From Hyphochytrium catenoides (lineage: Eukaryota; Protista; Hyphochytriomycota), in contig FLMG01000909.1 of the NCBI GenBank assembly GCA_900088475.1, forward strand, positions 1 through 45,069: a DNA stretch of 45,069 nt, given 5' to 3'. Under the pieces are notes generated by a model. The model was not told the DNA's origin and ran no database searches. It saw only the letters and a list, made by a program, of their open reading frames with translations. Positions 12,401 to 24,555 of the stretch are shown here, piece by piece. Both the position numbers and the translations under genes were made by a program. Each line of letters opens with the position of its first letter. The stretch's first letter is position 1.

Positions 12401-14757
12401 GGTGGTAGAGACTGGTCCCCTCCTTCATTTCTCCTCTCAACTTCATCCGACATTAGTTGCACAAATTTTTCTGAGAGCGTAGGGAATATCTAAAGCATAC
12501 ATTTTAGTCGTGAGAAAGCGATGGTCCAGAAGACAGAGACAGCATTGCACAGCTGGGAGGACGACGAAACGGCAGTCATTCGCGACATATGGAGTGGTCC
12601 AACTGCTTACCGTCGGTGTTACCATTGCGTGGTTTGCAAGAATGTCAAGCATTGCCTCCCCTTCCCAGACGTTATGTTCCTTCTCATAGTCACTAGGCGT
12701 TAGCTTATCCTCCATCTCCCTACACGGTGTAAATAACATAACCCTTTTTAGTCAAGACATTGAGGCGCGATATCTAGCAACTATCAGAATGTGAGACGAA
12801 TCGCTATGTTAAGGGGTGGCGCTGCGAGGACGCCGGCAGTGCAGAGCAAGAGAAATAGGACCAAATGAGTCATAGACCCTATGGCATACACTTACTTGAG
12901 CCACTTTGCCAGGCCTTCCACAATCAGTAACATAGTCCTATGAACAGCATTATCGTCCAGTCTTTTTATGTTGACGACCTCCCATAACTGTCGCACGCAA
13001 TCCTGCAGAATTGAGAGCTCAACTTCCCAACTCGCGCTACTTCGGGCGATGTCTTCCATGTTGTGGGCTTCGTCTAGAATGATGACAGCGTCCTGCAGAT
13101 CTACGTCCATGGCCTTTCTTACTCTGGGATCGATAAGGTAGTTGTAGGGGCAGAATGCGATGTTGGCTTCTGCTAGGAGAAGTTTGGCGGTGAAATAGGG
13201 GCACGCCTTGTGGTCATTGCCCTCGCTCATTATGTCTTCAATATCCCACATCGGCGGCATACTGTTCTTAAGGCCCTACGACGTGTGAGAGGTGAGGGAC
13301 AAGGCGCGCCAGCTATGAGCGGATGTATGAAGTAGATATAGCACCTCTTTTGCTTTGTACTCCACATAGACCTCGAGTTGACAATGAAGGGAGGCAGTTT
13401 GCGACAGCTTACCTTAACCCCCTTGAAGTTTCTGCACTTGTTGGCGTCCAGCAGTTTCTTGCACTCATCATCCTTGTTTGGCGCTCTCGACACCTTGTTA
13501 TGATTGCAATAGTGTGCTCGAGATCCTAAAATGGTCATGCTTAGAGGGCCCCGTTCCTCTATTCTCTGATATACTCCGGGCAATCTCTTCAACTCCTGTA
13601 TGACCTAAGGACGAGAGATGTAGCAAAGAGCATTCACAGTTGCCAGGGAAACATTAGAGGCTTTCAAGCAACAAGTGCAGAGAATAAGACGCGATCACCA
13701 ACAAGCGGGCGAGAGTACCTGGTTTAGCTGAGAATGGGTGCGAGAGGCGAAGTATATCCTGGGAAGCTTTTTCCTTTTCATCCTTTTGTTGGCCATAACC
13801 TTAAGAGCTGATTTGGTGGCACGGCTCTCTATCATTTCCTTGCTCTCAGGAGATTTCGAACTTGGTTCATAAGATAGCTCTACTTTTGGAGGAGCTGTCT
13901 TCGCGACAGTCTTGGGCCCGATCACTTCAAAGTCATCATCTTCGTCTGCTTCCTCCTGAATTGATCCTTTGAATTTGTACATTTTCAATCTATCTTTCAC
14001 TGATAAGGCAAAGGGTGAGTGAATGCTGAAAATAATGTCGAATAGGGAGGATTTGGCGTGAACTAGTTCTTTCGAAAAATAAGGCAGACAAGGAGCGAAA
14101 GGGGAGAAAGCGAGCGCCGCAGAATAGACAAGTTGGAGGAAGAGAAGATTCCGTATGAGGTAGACTTGTGACAGTTCAGGCAACGACGGAAGCTGGCCGA
14201 CAGTGGCTTACCTGTGCTTGTATCTTGTCCTTCAGTTGCTTGCCTTGAGAGTCTTTCCATCTCACTCTTTTTCACTCTGTCAAACTCTTGCTGATATTCT
14301 TCATCCTCTTCCTTTAGGAGCGCTTCGGACTCTTTCTTCTGCCAAGATAGGGCTGAGCACATCAGCGCTAAGGTCTTACCAGTACCGGTAGGTGATTCAA
14401 TGAGAGCATTTTTCTTGGTCTTTAGCGCAAAAAGGACCTGAAAGGTGGGTCCTTTTGAGTGCCTTGCTCTCGCTGGTCGTCCTGGTTACGGGGATAAGGC
14501 TGTGTTACCTTTGACATAATGGCTAGCTGGGCTGGGAAGGGCTTCTTGTCAGCTGGAAAATATACAGGGTAACCCATAACCGGGAACACGGAATGGCTGT
14601 CAAGCTTGAGAGCATCCCCCGCTTGCGACTTTGGAATACTGACACTACATGGTTTCAGGTGCTCTAGAATTGATGGTGGAAGAGTCCGTTTCTTGCCTTT
14701 GTTCCGTATCCCGGGGGCTTCCTCCCCATTGTGCTGGTCGTCGTCCAACGGCGACAT
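9481..14757 (-). CDS. BRIP1: FANCJ/BRIP1-like XPD-family Fe-S DEAH helicase, multi-exon
   Basis: Q-motif PFPAQ; Walker [10 protein letters not shown]; [13 protein letters not shown]; Fe-S cysteines in [23 protein letters not shown]; ILDEAHN; [10 protein letters not shown]; [10 protein letters not shown]; [29 protein letters not shown]; [27 protein letters not shown]. First in-frame ATG is at 14757 (an in-frame stop lies upstream at 14866-14868). The last one or two exons and the stop at 9481 are less certain. RTEL1 is the main alternative assignment. Confidence 0.88.
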
Positions 14758-15975
14758 CGCGAAAGAACGAATGTCTACCTCAGGCACCCTTTCGGCTCTT
14801 GCTATGTAGGGCTTGATTCGCCAATAATGTGAATCGTGGGTCGCTCTTCTAGGGGAGCTGATCCTCTAGCCGCTCGTACTGATATTCCTGAATGTTCTGT
14901 TCTATCACTCATCCAGCTGAGCCTTAAGTATTAAACTCTTTCTTCCAATGACGCCCCTGCAGATTTCTGACAGACGAGCTCTTTAATGCCCAAAGCTCCT
15001 ATAATATAGCGAAGGAGCTGCGAAGAGCTTCCCATACGCAAAAGCGATAAATAAAATAGCTGGAAACCAATCCGCAGACAACGCAAATATTAGAAGACAA
15101 CAATTCGAAAATAATATTAGCGCGGAAAGTGTTGTTGGTTCCCGCCATAATTAGCGGTTAGCGGCTCTTTCTTTTGACAGAGACATTCATACCGCAGCTG
15201 ACGGGATCTTCTGCTGCAGTGCGGACTAACAGGATCTATGGCCTCGCTGTATGGCATCATACCTGCGACCTGAGGTCGTTGTTCAACTGTCTGTCTCATC
15301 GTCGTCATCGCCAGATAGGTAGTGCCACTGATGGGTGCGCTGAAAGAAGGTTTAACAGACCGGAGGACGAGGAAAGCGAGTCATGTAGGTCCAAGCCGAT
15401 CAGTTGATGAATACGGGGCCTAGTTAATCGTCTTCCGGAGTGAGGAGCGGCGGAGTACAGTTCATTCTTCTTTCTAGTGCTTCTTCATGGTGATGATGAG
15501 AGATGCGTAGCTGCAGAGTCGCCTTGAAAAGGATCTGATGAATCGGCGAAGACAACAGAGTCCGTGAGGTGCTCCTGCATCATCATGAATGAGCATTACT
15601 ACTCTGAGTCATTTGACCTATGGGGTTGAACGATAGATCTACAGCCGGCACCCAAAGATGTTAGTCTTGGCACGGTACTGGGGCATACTAGAGGTCTGCC
15701 TGTGAAGTACCTAGGTAAGCAACTACTACTTCTTTCTTGAAGAAATGCTGCTAGGACGGGGTATTCATCGTCATTTGTCAACTTTTTTAGAGTTCAGCAA
15801 TAAATAAGTAGTAGAGAAGACCATGTTTTTCCTAGGGCTAGCTACATCGTGCGTACAAACAGTAAGCTCTGCTATGACTGTGGATGGGCAGCGCTTGCTC
15901 AACCCCTCAAAATAAGACAAAAGCATTGTGCTCGCCTTCGTTTCTAGTAGTGTCACGCTTAACTGATTTGTCCTT

Positions 15976-16452
15976 TTAGAGGCGGAACTTGTAGTTCGCT
16001 CCATACTTGCTGTCCCACTTTCCATCTTCATTTTGAAGAGCAACCTCTACATCCCATGCGTTGGCCTTGCCATTATGGTCGTAGGCGTAGAAGAAGAGCG
16101 CGCTCTCCTCCTTGGGAGGAGGATCATAGGTAAAGCAGCAGGTGACATTTTGGATGTCACCGATCTCCTTGTACTCATAGTGGGTATAGTTTTTGAGCTT
16201 GAAGGTCCCTGAGCGAGAGTTCAGCTGAACCCAGGCGCTCACCTTCCCTGGGCTTTCGGTGTGAAGGTAGCCACTGTATCGTAGAGCCACGCGGGGTACG
16301 CTAAAGTCTTTGTTAATGGCGCAGACTTCCAAGGGACCGTCGGTCTTGCACTCTCTCTGAATGGGATAATTAGGCCCGTAAAGAGATGCCTCACCGAAGG
16401 TACTGGCCAGCAATGCTACAGCTACAGTAGCAACGAACTTGAAGAATGCCAT
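15976..16452 (-). CDS. Secreted small protein of unknown function, paralog 1 (158 aa, intronless)
   Basis: Hydrophobic signal peptide MAFFKFVATVAVALLASTFGEA|S. The 136-aa mature part aligns without gaps to the paralogs at 18974-19456 and 22406-22897. Confidence 0.9.
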   Translation of the reverse strand: MAFFKFVATVAVALLASTFGEASLYGPNYPIQRECKTDGPLEVCAINKDFSVPRVALRYSGYLHTESPGKVSAWVQLNSRSGTFKLKNYTHYEYKEIGDIQNVTCCFTYDPPPKEESALFFYAYDHNGKANAWDVEVALQNEDGKWDSKYGANYKFRL

Positions 16453-18973
16453 GCTGGTTCACAAGAGATGATATGCAAAGCGGGGAGTGACTATACGAGG
16501 ACTCTTCTTAGAGATAATGATCGTTGTTGCTTTGGTCCCCCACGGCAATCTTTGGAATGAGCCCAACTCTGACCGGACTCCTAGAAGGAGACTTCTGAGC
16601 AATCTATTACTAGAGTGATGTGCCAAAGTGAAAAGTTCTGTTGTTAATTGATAACACCTCGCAATCTATAAATAACAATATGACGAGCGAAGCATTGACG
16701 GATGGCAATTTATCAGAGAAGGCAGCAGGCAGGGAGCCAGAAGAAATCAGACGAGGGAAGTGGCGCGAGGGCGTTACGACCTATTCTTTTATCGCTAGAA
16801 AAAGGTTGTTGCTAACCCACCACGACGACCTCTTCTGAACCCTTGCTGTCGTTACATTATTGTATGGTTCTTGCCACTCCTCGTCATATCTCCTCCTTGC
16901 ACCTCATAGGGAGCTCGCGTTCTCAGCTGGGGACCTCAACTAGGAGGAGCACATAACAAACCAAGATATACATACATATACATAACATGTATATGGCTCA
17001 GAACCCTGACAGGAGCTTCGAACATTTCTCCAGCAGCGAGTTGGACAGCCGCATCAGCAAGAGAAAAAGAGGTCAAAATAAAGACATGGATCCGTCGAGG
17101 AGATGAAGCCATGTCCTGCCAGCAGGCCTGTTTCCTTCTTTCCTGTCCGTCGGCAAAGATTCTCGTAGTTGGAGGATCAGCCTTGTGAAAGTTATGACAC
17201 ATAAGAACACGTCCAAAGGTCATGCTTGGCCTTGTTCCTCTTCATTAGTCGCCTCAATTCATTCTCTTCCAACGAATCAGCCCGAGGTAGTAGCTTTGAT
17301 GGCCGACTAAATAGGTTACTGGCTGTTTTCGGGGCATTGTTCTCCTGTTTGCTGGAGGGCAAGGGGCTTGTCCTTCCTCTACCCACCCGACCCCACGGAT
17401 CATTGTCACACCTCCCAGGTTCTAGAAAAAAGTATTGGTCCCTCTTAGTATGGTTCGCCATCCAAGACGACGAAAGAGAGAAATGCCTCATTCTTTTGCT
17501 CTCATCATATACATGTATATATATACGACCAATGCTGGTCAGTGTCTTCAGTCAAAGATGATAATCATCAGAAGTGTAGCAACAGCTTGACAGCAGCCAC
17601 TAGGAGGAAGGAATGCTCCGCTTCTGGACTCTGCTTCAAGATCATGAGGAGCTGCCTCCTCGTTGGTCATAATAATCCATGCACTAAGTCAACTTGTTTT
17701 GGCTTTACCAGCAGCCACCCACAAACAAGAAAGAAGATAATAGCACTAGAGAACAACAGAAGAGCAAGTAAGAATAGGAGAAGAACGATAGCAGCGAACC
17801 TCAGCAGGCTGGTGGTGGTGGGACGATGTGATTTATTAGCAATGCACCACCTTCTGCAGCATCCCACCACCACGAGGATTAGCTTGATGCCCTTGTTGTT
17901 GCTTCTTCCTTCTTGGTTGCTGTTGGAGGACGCTGCTGTTCGCTGCCGCTGCTGCTGGCGGGTGCTGATGATTGAGTGGTGATGATGCTCATCCTCTCTC
18001 CCCTTCACTTCCTGCGCTCGCCCATTACGACTCTCTACGCGCAGTTTGGACGGATGATCTGACTGAGGAACCTGTAGGAATGGCGCTGACAGTGATGGCC
18101 AAACCCCCGCACGACCATTCTTCGAGTTTCCTTTAGTTACAGTACGAGTACCTATTCTTGAAATTCGGTCACTTCGCCCCCATCACACAGGACATCGAGA
18201 GTTCATCATGATAAGGGGTGCCGATACTAACGATTGACAACCGAAAATAGAAGATGCAACTACTGCATCGATCCACAGATCCCCCAGGTGCGGGCTCCGT
18301 TACAAGCCGAGTTTGTTGTACTCGGAGTAGTAAAGGCAGGAGGGTACGAGGGGAGACTGGGGGTTTGGCGGCTGGGCTCACGAACAGCCGTCATTCACCA
18401 GCAGGAATGAGCACATCGACTCATCACTGGGATGATAATGGCTTTCACTATTCGGGGGGCGAGGAGGAGGAGGCCACTCTAGCAGAATAGAAGAAGAAAG
18501 GAAGAAGTAAAGACAGAGCCCGATTCAGCAGTATGTGTGGCCTGACGATTGCAAAGGAATAATGGGATAGTAGTAGTACTCATCATCAGAACAGGTTCTT
18601 GTTGGGTGGGAGCCGCCATCATCGTGCTTGCTGCCTTGACGACGGAAAGAACGAAGAAGGAATGATAATGACGAATTACTCATCAACCTAGTGTTCTTAG
18701 TTATTGTGGAGCCGTCGTCCTATGCTTGCCTCAGTCCCAGGCCCCGGCGAACTGATTATACTCATCAACGAGGGTTTGTGCTGACTAGTAAGATGTCGGT
18801 TGATAGCAGCTCAGTCTGTCTGGCTTTTAGAAAGAGGATAGCGATGGTTATAGCAACTATTCAACAACGAATACTCTATCTTGCTTTTATTTTCTTTTGA
18901 AATAAGTAGTGCCAGGACCCTATTTTTATTATGGTGAATCTTGCTCGTCGTTCTTCGGCGGCCCCACGATCAC

Positions 18974-19456
18974 CTACAGACGGAACTTATAGTTGGCGCC
19001 AAACTTGCTATCCCACTTCTTGTCTTCGTTGAAGAGCGCTACCTCTACATCCCAAGCGTTTGCCTTTCCGTTCTGGTCGTAGGCATAGAAGAAAATTGCA
19101 CTTTCGTCTTTGGGAACTGGATCATAGTTCCAGCAGCAGGTGACGTTCTGGATGTCCCCAATATCCTTCTGCTCATAGTTGGTGTAGTTGTTGAGCTTGA
19201 AGGTACCAGAACGAGAGTTCAGTTGAACCCATGCATTCACCTTGCCAGGGGTCTCATTGTGCAGAAATCCGTTGTATTTAACAGACAGGCGAGGCACGCG
19301 ATAGTCCTTGTTGATGGCGCAGACCTCTACGGGACCATCCTGTCTGCAGTCTCTCTGAACCGGGTAGTTTGGTGGGTAGTTGGAAGCCTCCACCGGGGTG
19401 CTGACAATGGCTGCGACGGCTGCAGCCGCAATAGCGATAGCTCTTAGAAAGACCAT
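18974..19456 (-). CDS. Secreted small protein of unknown function, paralog 2 (160 aa, intronless)
   Basis: The true start is the ATG at 19456 (MVFLRAIAIAAAAVAAIVSTPVEA|S), not the longer ORF start at 19684. By hand count, 31 of 136 mature residues differ from paralog 1, and most changes are conservative. Confidence 0.9.
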   Translation of the reverse strand: MVFLRAIAIAAAAVAAIVSTPVEASNYPPNYPVQRDCRQDGPVEVCAINKDYRVPRLSVKYNGFLHNETPGKVNAWVQLNSRSGTFKLNNYTNYEQKDIGDIQNVTCCWNYDPVPKDESAIFFYAYDQNGKANAWDVEVALFNEDKKWDSKFGANYKFRL

Positions 19457-21773
19457 GATAATTCTGGTTCTTTGCAGAAGCGAGAGCCGAACGTGTAGAC
19501 AGAAGACCGCAAGTGTTGGTGAATGCTGGGCAGCTGGAAATTTTTGGAATGAAATACTGAATCCTGGTTGTGTACCGCACTCTGCAACCAATGACGACAA
19601 TGCCCTAGTTCGAGGTGAGGATATGTTTATAGAAGGATGCAGACGACAGAGAGGGTAATGAGCTTGATTATATGGTCCGAGCATAGGAGATCAATTACAT
19701 CTTCATATAATAATTCTATAGATAGTCCCCAGCGCAGAGCGGAGCGAGCAGCAGGAGGCAGGAAGACACGGTTGTGCAGAAAGAGGGCGGGACGGGACCT
19801 GGGGCACGAGGCAACCAAGAAGAGCAGCAGAAAATAAGATCATCATTCGTTCTCATACGATCTCGCAGGAGAAAAGCCAGTAGTAGTGTTACGACAACAA
19901 CAGCCTTTGTGCTGGCTCTCTGCTAGTAAGCCTGCTTCCATTATTGTCGCATCTCCAACTTAGATAGTGGATCCCGCCGCGTGAAGAGCAAATAAAGGAG
20001 AGGACTAGCCCGCGTGTTCGACAAGGAGAGCAGCCTTGCAGGTGCCGCGGGAAGAAGGAGCGAAGGGAAGGAAGGGCCCTGGTAGTAGTAAAGTGCGGGT
20101 ACCTTTTTCTTTTTAGTTATAATAGCAGGAAGTAGTTCTTTCTGCTACAGAGACACACGGATGTTTTCCAGCCACTTCTTCTTCTACATCGAAGTAGTAC
20201 TAGTCCCCACCGGCTGCTGGGTCTTCTGGCCTACTACCATCTCCATCATCAGGAGGCTGGTCACGGATGACCATCTGGATGCAAAAAAAAAGTTATGACA
20301 CAGTAAGAACAAGACCAAAAGTTCCGTTCCTTGGTCGCTCTCCTGCTCCTCCAGCACTTTAATGTGTCGTTGTGCTTGAGAGCCTAGGGAGACAGGGCGA
20401 TACACAGGTGATACGGATGTAGGTAGGTCTAATAATCAATAATAGAACTGCCATCTCAACTTCTAGAAGCTTGTGCTGGCTACTAAGGAACACCGCACTC
20501 TTCTTGCCTGTTGGCATTATCAGAACATTGATGCTTGCCTGCCTTCCTTTTACTTTTCGTCGACAGAAAGACAACTTCTTTGGCCTCCGTCCGTCCGCAC
20601 CCGAGCCCTGGAGGAGGGAGCAAGTGCTGCAAGTAGTGGCAGGAAGGAGTGGAGGGCAGGCAGAAGAGGCATGATGATGATGAGGTCATAGGCCCCAGGC
20701 AGGACGGATGACAGGAGGAGAGAAGGGAGTAGGAGGAGGAAAGAAAGGAAAGAATGGCCTGATGATGACGGTCCGCCGTCCTACCTCCTCCTGCCACTAC
20801 TTTGGCCAGCGACTCAACACCAAGGTAGTGCATCAATCTTTCTTGGCGGCGTGGAGGTAGTAAAGCATCTCCGCCTTGGCCATCTAGGTGGGTGGCCCAA
20901 GAACCGAAAATTATAAAGCAAGGTATACCGCCATGAGGGCCTTGGGTTTCCCTTATTTTGGGCCAAACATGATCACTTGCAACATACAATAGAAATCCGA
21001 CTTCTTAGTAGTTTCGGTCATGGTTAATTCTGGAGATGGAAGGTGGTATGATTGACGCTCTAATTGACTCCATCGGATCCCTCCCCTCCTTCCTCCTCCT
21101 CCTTCTTCGGCGATGATGTCGATGATGCAGCAGCGCTGTCCTGCAGATCAGAGTAGCAGCAGCGCTGTCCATCACTTCATGTTGATGTGAGGCTCCATAC
21201 ATAGTGCTCCGTACTAACAGGAGCTTTGTCTTTGTCTCCAGGTCCATCGGTTCTCCTCCCGTCGTCTTCTTCTTCTGCACTTCTGTCCTTCTTCTACTAG
21301 TCCTGCTGCTTGTCCTGGCGATACCTGGGTGGGGCTACGCTCGGTTCTATCGAACTTCTTTCTATGCGGTTATGTTGTGCCGCAAAGTCTTGTTCTGACC
21401 GTCCAAAGCAAGCTCGCCGACTCCGCATAGATTTCATCAAAAGCTGAGAGCACAAGGAACAGATAGAATAGTAGGGCGGTTGGACCACCTGTCTAACTTT
21501 AATTATTAGGAGCGACGAGGGCTCCAAACTGCTACGGGGAGTCCAAATGAGGTGGGAAGGAAAGAGAAGGGTCGCGATCTCTCCTCAACTGTTGCATCAC
21601 CGAATGAAGAATCTCATCATCACCTTCTGAGGTCACAATACACCGCTCATCTCTTATCCTTACTCGCTTTGTTAGGTCTCCCACTGTCTTCGTCAGGACA
21701 ATTAGGTTTAGCAGCTGTACAAAGCACACAATGAAGACCGCCAAAAGGTAGACAAAGATTACATCTGGGAATA

Positions 21774-21777
21774 NNNN
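21774..21777. other. Assembly gap (N run)
   Basis: nnnn. Confidence 0.99.
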
Positions 21778-22405
21778 CTTATGCGTCGCACTTCTTGCTT
21801 ACTTGGGGTCATCACTGATAGAATAAGGTAGAGAGTATATATAAGACCAAAGAACAGAGAAGTTCTCCCATCGTAGGCTTCTCCGGGCTGCGTAGCCAAT
21901 GTTGTCCTCAAAGTCCCTCCTGATAATGCAAGCAAGATGGAAGAACAAGGACCATACAGGGGTCAGCTAGGCACGAGAGAGCGTCGTAACGGATAAGCAG
22001 TTGAATGCGGCGAAGGAGCTTGATTGCACAAAGGGGTTGGATTGTTAACGGTCTCCTGGCGAGTGGCTCAGGTACTTGCCAGCTGGTCCAGTCGTATCGC
22101 TGCCTCACTACCACGTAACCGTAACTTGTTACCTGTAGGGATTTCTAGGACCTCACACTGCTGATGGTTGGTCCTTTTGTCTCCATAGTCTAGTTCACCG
22201 CCACCCATAGTGCTCACCACTGCTGCCTAGTGACTCCCTTCGATGACCATCTTCTAGAACCTACTTGATCATTTGCTCTGTGTTGCATTCCATGCCCACT
22301 CATCACATCCTTTGAGATGAAGCACCCACTTTACGTTCCTCCAACTAAAGCTAAGTCCAGAGCCACCAGCCTTCTTGTCAACAAGAAGCTCAAAAAGCAC
22401 GCAAG

Positions 22406-22897
22406 ATGATGCCCTACGTGATGAGACATCTCGCACTTGCGACTGTTTCCTTCTTAGCAGCGCTTTCAAGCTTCTGGGTGGAGGCTTCTCTCTATCCTCC
22501 CAACATGTCTCTTCAAAGAGAGTGCCAGCAAGAGGGTCCTCTAGAAGGTTGCGCCATCAACAAGAATTATAGGATCCCTCGGTTGTCAGTCAAGTACACC
22601 GGTTATCTTCACACTGAGAGTCCGGGCAAGGTGAGTGCCTGGGTTCAGCTCAACTCACGGTCTGGTACCTTCAGGCTCAGCGATTTCAAAACTTATCAGT
22701 ATAAGGAGATTGGTGACATTCAGAACGTTACCTGCTGCTTTAGCTACGATCCGCCTCCGAAGGAGGAAAGTGCTATCTTTTTCTACGCTTTTGATCAGAA
22801 TGGCAAGCCAAATGCCTGGGACGTAGAGGTCGCGCTATTCAACGACGAGGAGAAGTGGGACAGCAAGTACGGGGCCAACTACAAGTTCCGCGTATAG
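22406..22897 (+). CDS. Secreted small protein of unknown function, paralog 3 (about 160 aa, intronless, inverted relative to paralogs 1 and 2)
   Basis: Signal peptide ending ...SSFWVEA|S. Shares the cysteine pattern (C-x8-C, CC), AWVQLNSRSGTF, IGDIQNVTCC, and NAWDVEVAL..KWDSKYGANYKFR. The start could be 22406, 22409 or 22421. Confidence 0.9.
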   Translation: MMPYVMRHLALATVSFLAALSSFWVEASLYPPNMSLQRECQQEGPLEGCAINKNYRIPRLSVKYTGYLHTESPGKVSAWVQLNSRSGTFRLSDFKTYQYKEIGDIQNVTCCFSYDPPPKEESAIFFYAFDQNGKPNAWDVEVALFNDEEKWDSKYGANYKFRV

Positions 22898-24248
22898 AAG
22901 AAGCTCGCAGGAAGCCGATGACTTGGTCGTCAGTGACCGGACGATGGCGGTAGACGATCGGAGGAAGGACTCATTACGAGGATAAGGATATTTCGATAAT
23001 AGGAACGACAGGCGTACAAGAGAAGCCTCAAACGTATAGAGTGACAGCTTCTTCCACGCTTGTTGGCCCTCTATATAATATCATTGGGTCGTCGTCGAGT
23101 GCTTGTTACTGCGCGGTGGTGGAGGAAGAAGGAGGACGTCATCCCAAAGATTTCCTCTGGTGGTGCAGGCTACTATTTATCGTTATCATCATCAACATTT
23201 CCTACAATAATAAGAAGAAATGAAGCGTACATGTCAGCCTTATGCTTGAGTCCGTCCTCTCAGACTATCCCCTCTCTATATGGCGGTTAGCCATCCATCC
23301 AAACATTGTTCACTTCCACCCTGCTCTCCTATTATCATCTATTCTTCTCCTCCTCATTTCTGCTCTAGATCAAGTTTGAGTCATTGTCACACCGCTGGTC
23401 CTGATGAGGAGGGCTACTACTATCGCCCTATCCAGCGGCTGGCTTCTACTATGGACTCGACTGCTGTGAGTTCCTGCGTGGTGCTGCAGCTTTATTATTG
23501 TCCGCATCAGCATCAGCAGCAATGTCAATAACATCCACAATGAGACCATTCATAGTAGAGAGCAGGTGCGTGCTATAGTTGTTTCTTCGTGGCGATTGGT
23601 TTGTTCTCAACATACCACAGGAGAAGAAGGCTCGGAGGGATTAAGTGATCTGTCATTTAGACAGGCGGCCGCGGGGGGCAGACCTTGTCCCGTCTAGCGT
23701 GCAATGTTTTGAGTCCTTGACCCGGACAGGGCTTTATTAACCGCCACGTTCCTGATGAGGTGGGCTGAGTGTATGCAGGGTTAGACGAGGGAGGCGTAAC
23801 TTGCTTCTTTGCGCCTTCAATCACTCGTCGACAAGAATTCTGTCATCGATAATCAACAAAGTTTTGCCTCCCCTCTTTTATTCTGCTAGGGAAGATGGTG
23901 CCAACTGGAGACAAGGAAGAGCAACCAACAAGCTTTCTCATTATCAGTAGCTGCCCTGGGTTATTCGACCAACAGGGGGAGCAACATCAGTCTGATTTGT
24001 GAAAACCCAGAACAGGCCATTAAGTAGCCAGAAAGCGCAATCAATTCATTGCTGGAGAATCCACAATCATTCTGCTCACCCGTTAGTCGTGACAGAGCAC
24101 AAGGATGTATCATATAAGAAGCCTCTTGCTGGTTAGGAGGATCAACTGCCGCCTAATATTACCAGCCTGGGAGCTTTCCTTGCCGCCTGCCTGGCCAAGC
24201 GAAGGGAGGGCTCTTGGTCTTCGAAGAAGGAAGTGGTCTGCAATACCG

Positions 24249-24555
24249 ATACTGGCCCCTGCAGCCGTCGGTGGACGGCCGGGAAAGGTTCAGTCTCTCT
24301 ATTGGTGCGATGACCACTTCGGTGTAGAACCCGACATCGTCGATACAAGGTTTAGCGACGCATCCCTCGCTCTCCGTCGGGGCCATATCATTGGTCGCGG
24401 CAGACGTATATTGGGCCTAGAACATTTATCATGGCCCAAGGGAGAGCGAGGGCTGTTTGCTGAACCCTGTACCGATGTCATCGCACCAGTACCTGTAAAG
24501 ACTGAACCCTTCCCGCCGCCGGCCGTCCTCCACCGACGGCTGCAGGGGCCAGTAT
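24249..24555. repeat. Long imperfect inverted repeat (fold-back), about 307 nt
   Basis: 24249-24275 (atactggcccctgcagccgtcggtgga) is the exact reverse complement of 24529-24555. Pairing continues inward with bulges (ggttcagtct/agactgaacc, tggtgcgatgac/gtcatcgcacca, ccctcgctctcc/ggagagcgaggg, ggccat/atggcc) to about 24386/24431. Confidence 0.9.

Noticed and set aside
19457-19684. 76-aa N-terminal extension on paralog 2 in the ORF track
   Set aside because: It starts at a non-ATG codon and has no counterpart in the other paralogs. The signal peptide begins at the ATG at 19456.
16600-22300. Numerous 60-170-aa ORFs in the spacers between paralogs
   Set aside because: Low-complexity, mutually overlapping on both strands, without family motifs or consistent splice structure. 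No transposon domains or further degenerate paralog copies were seen.
23391-23438. Small hairpin (ccgctgg...ccagcgg) containing ctgatgag, resembling a hammerhead ribozyme core; another ctgatgag lies at about 23752
   Set aside because: No GAAA/NUH core in the required positions and no three-stem junction.
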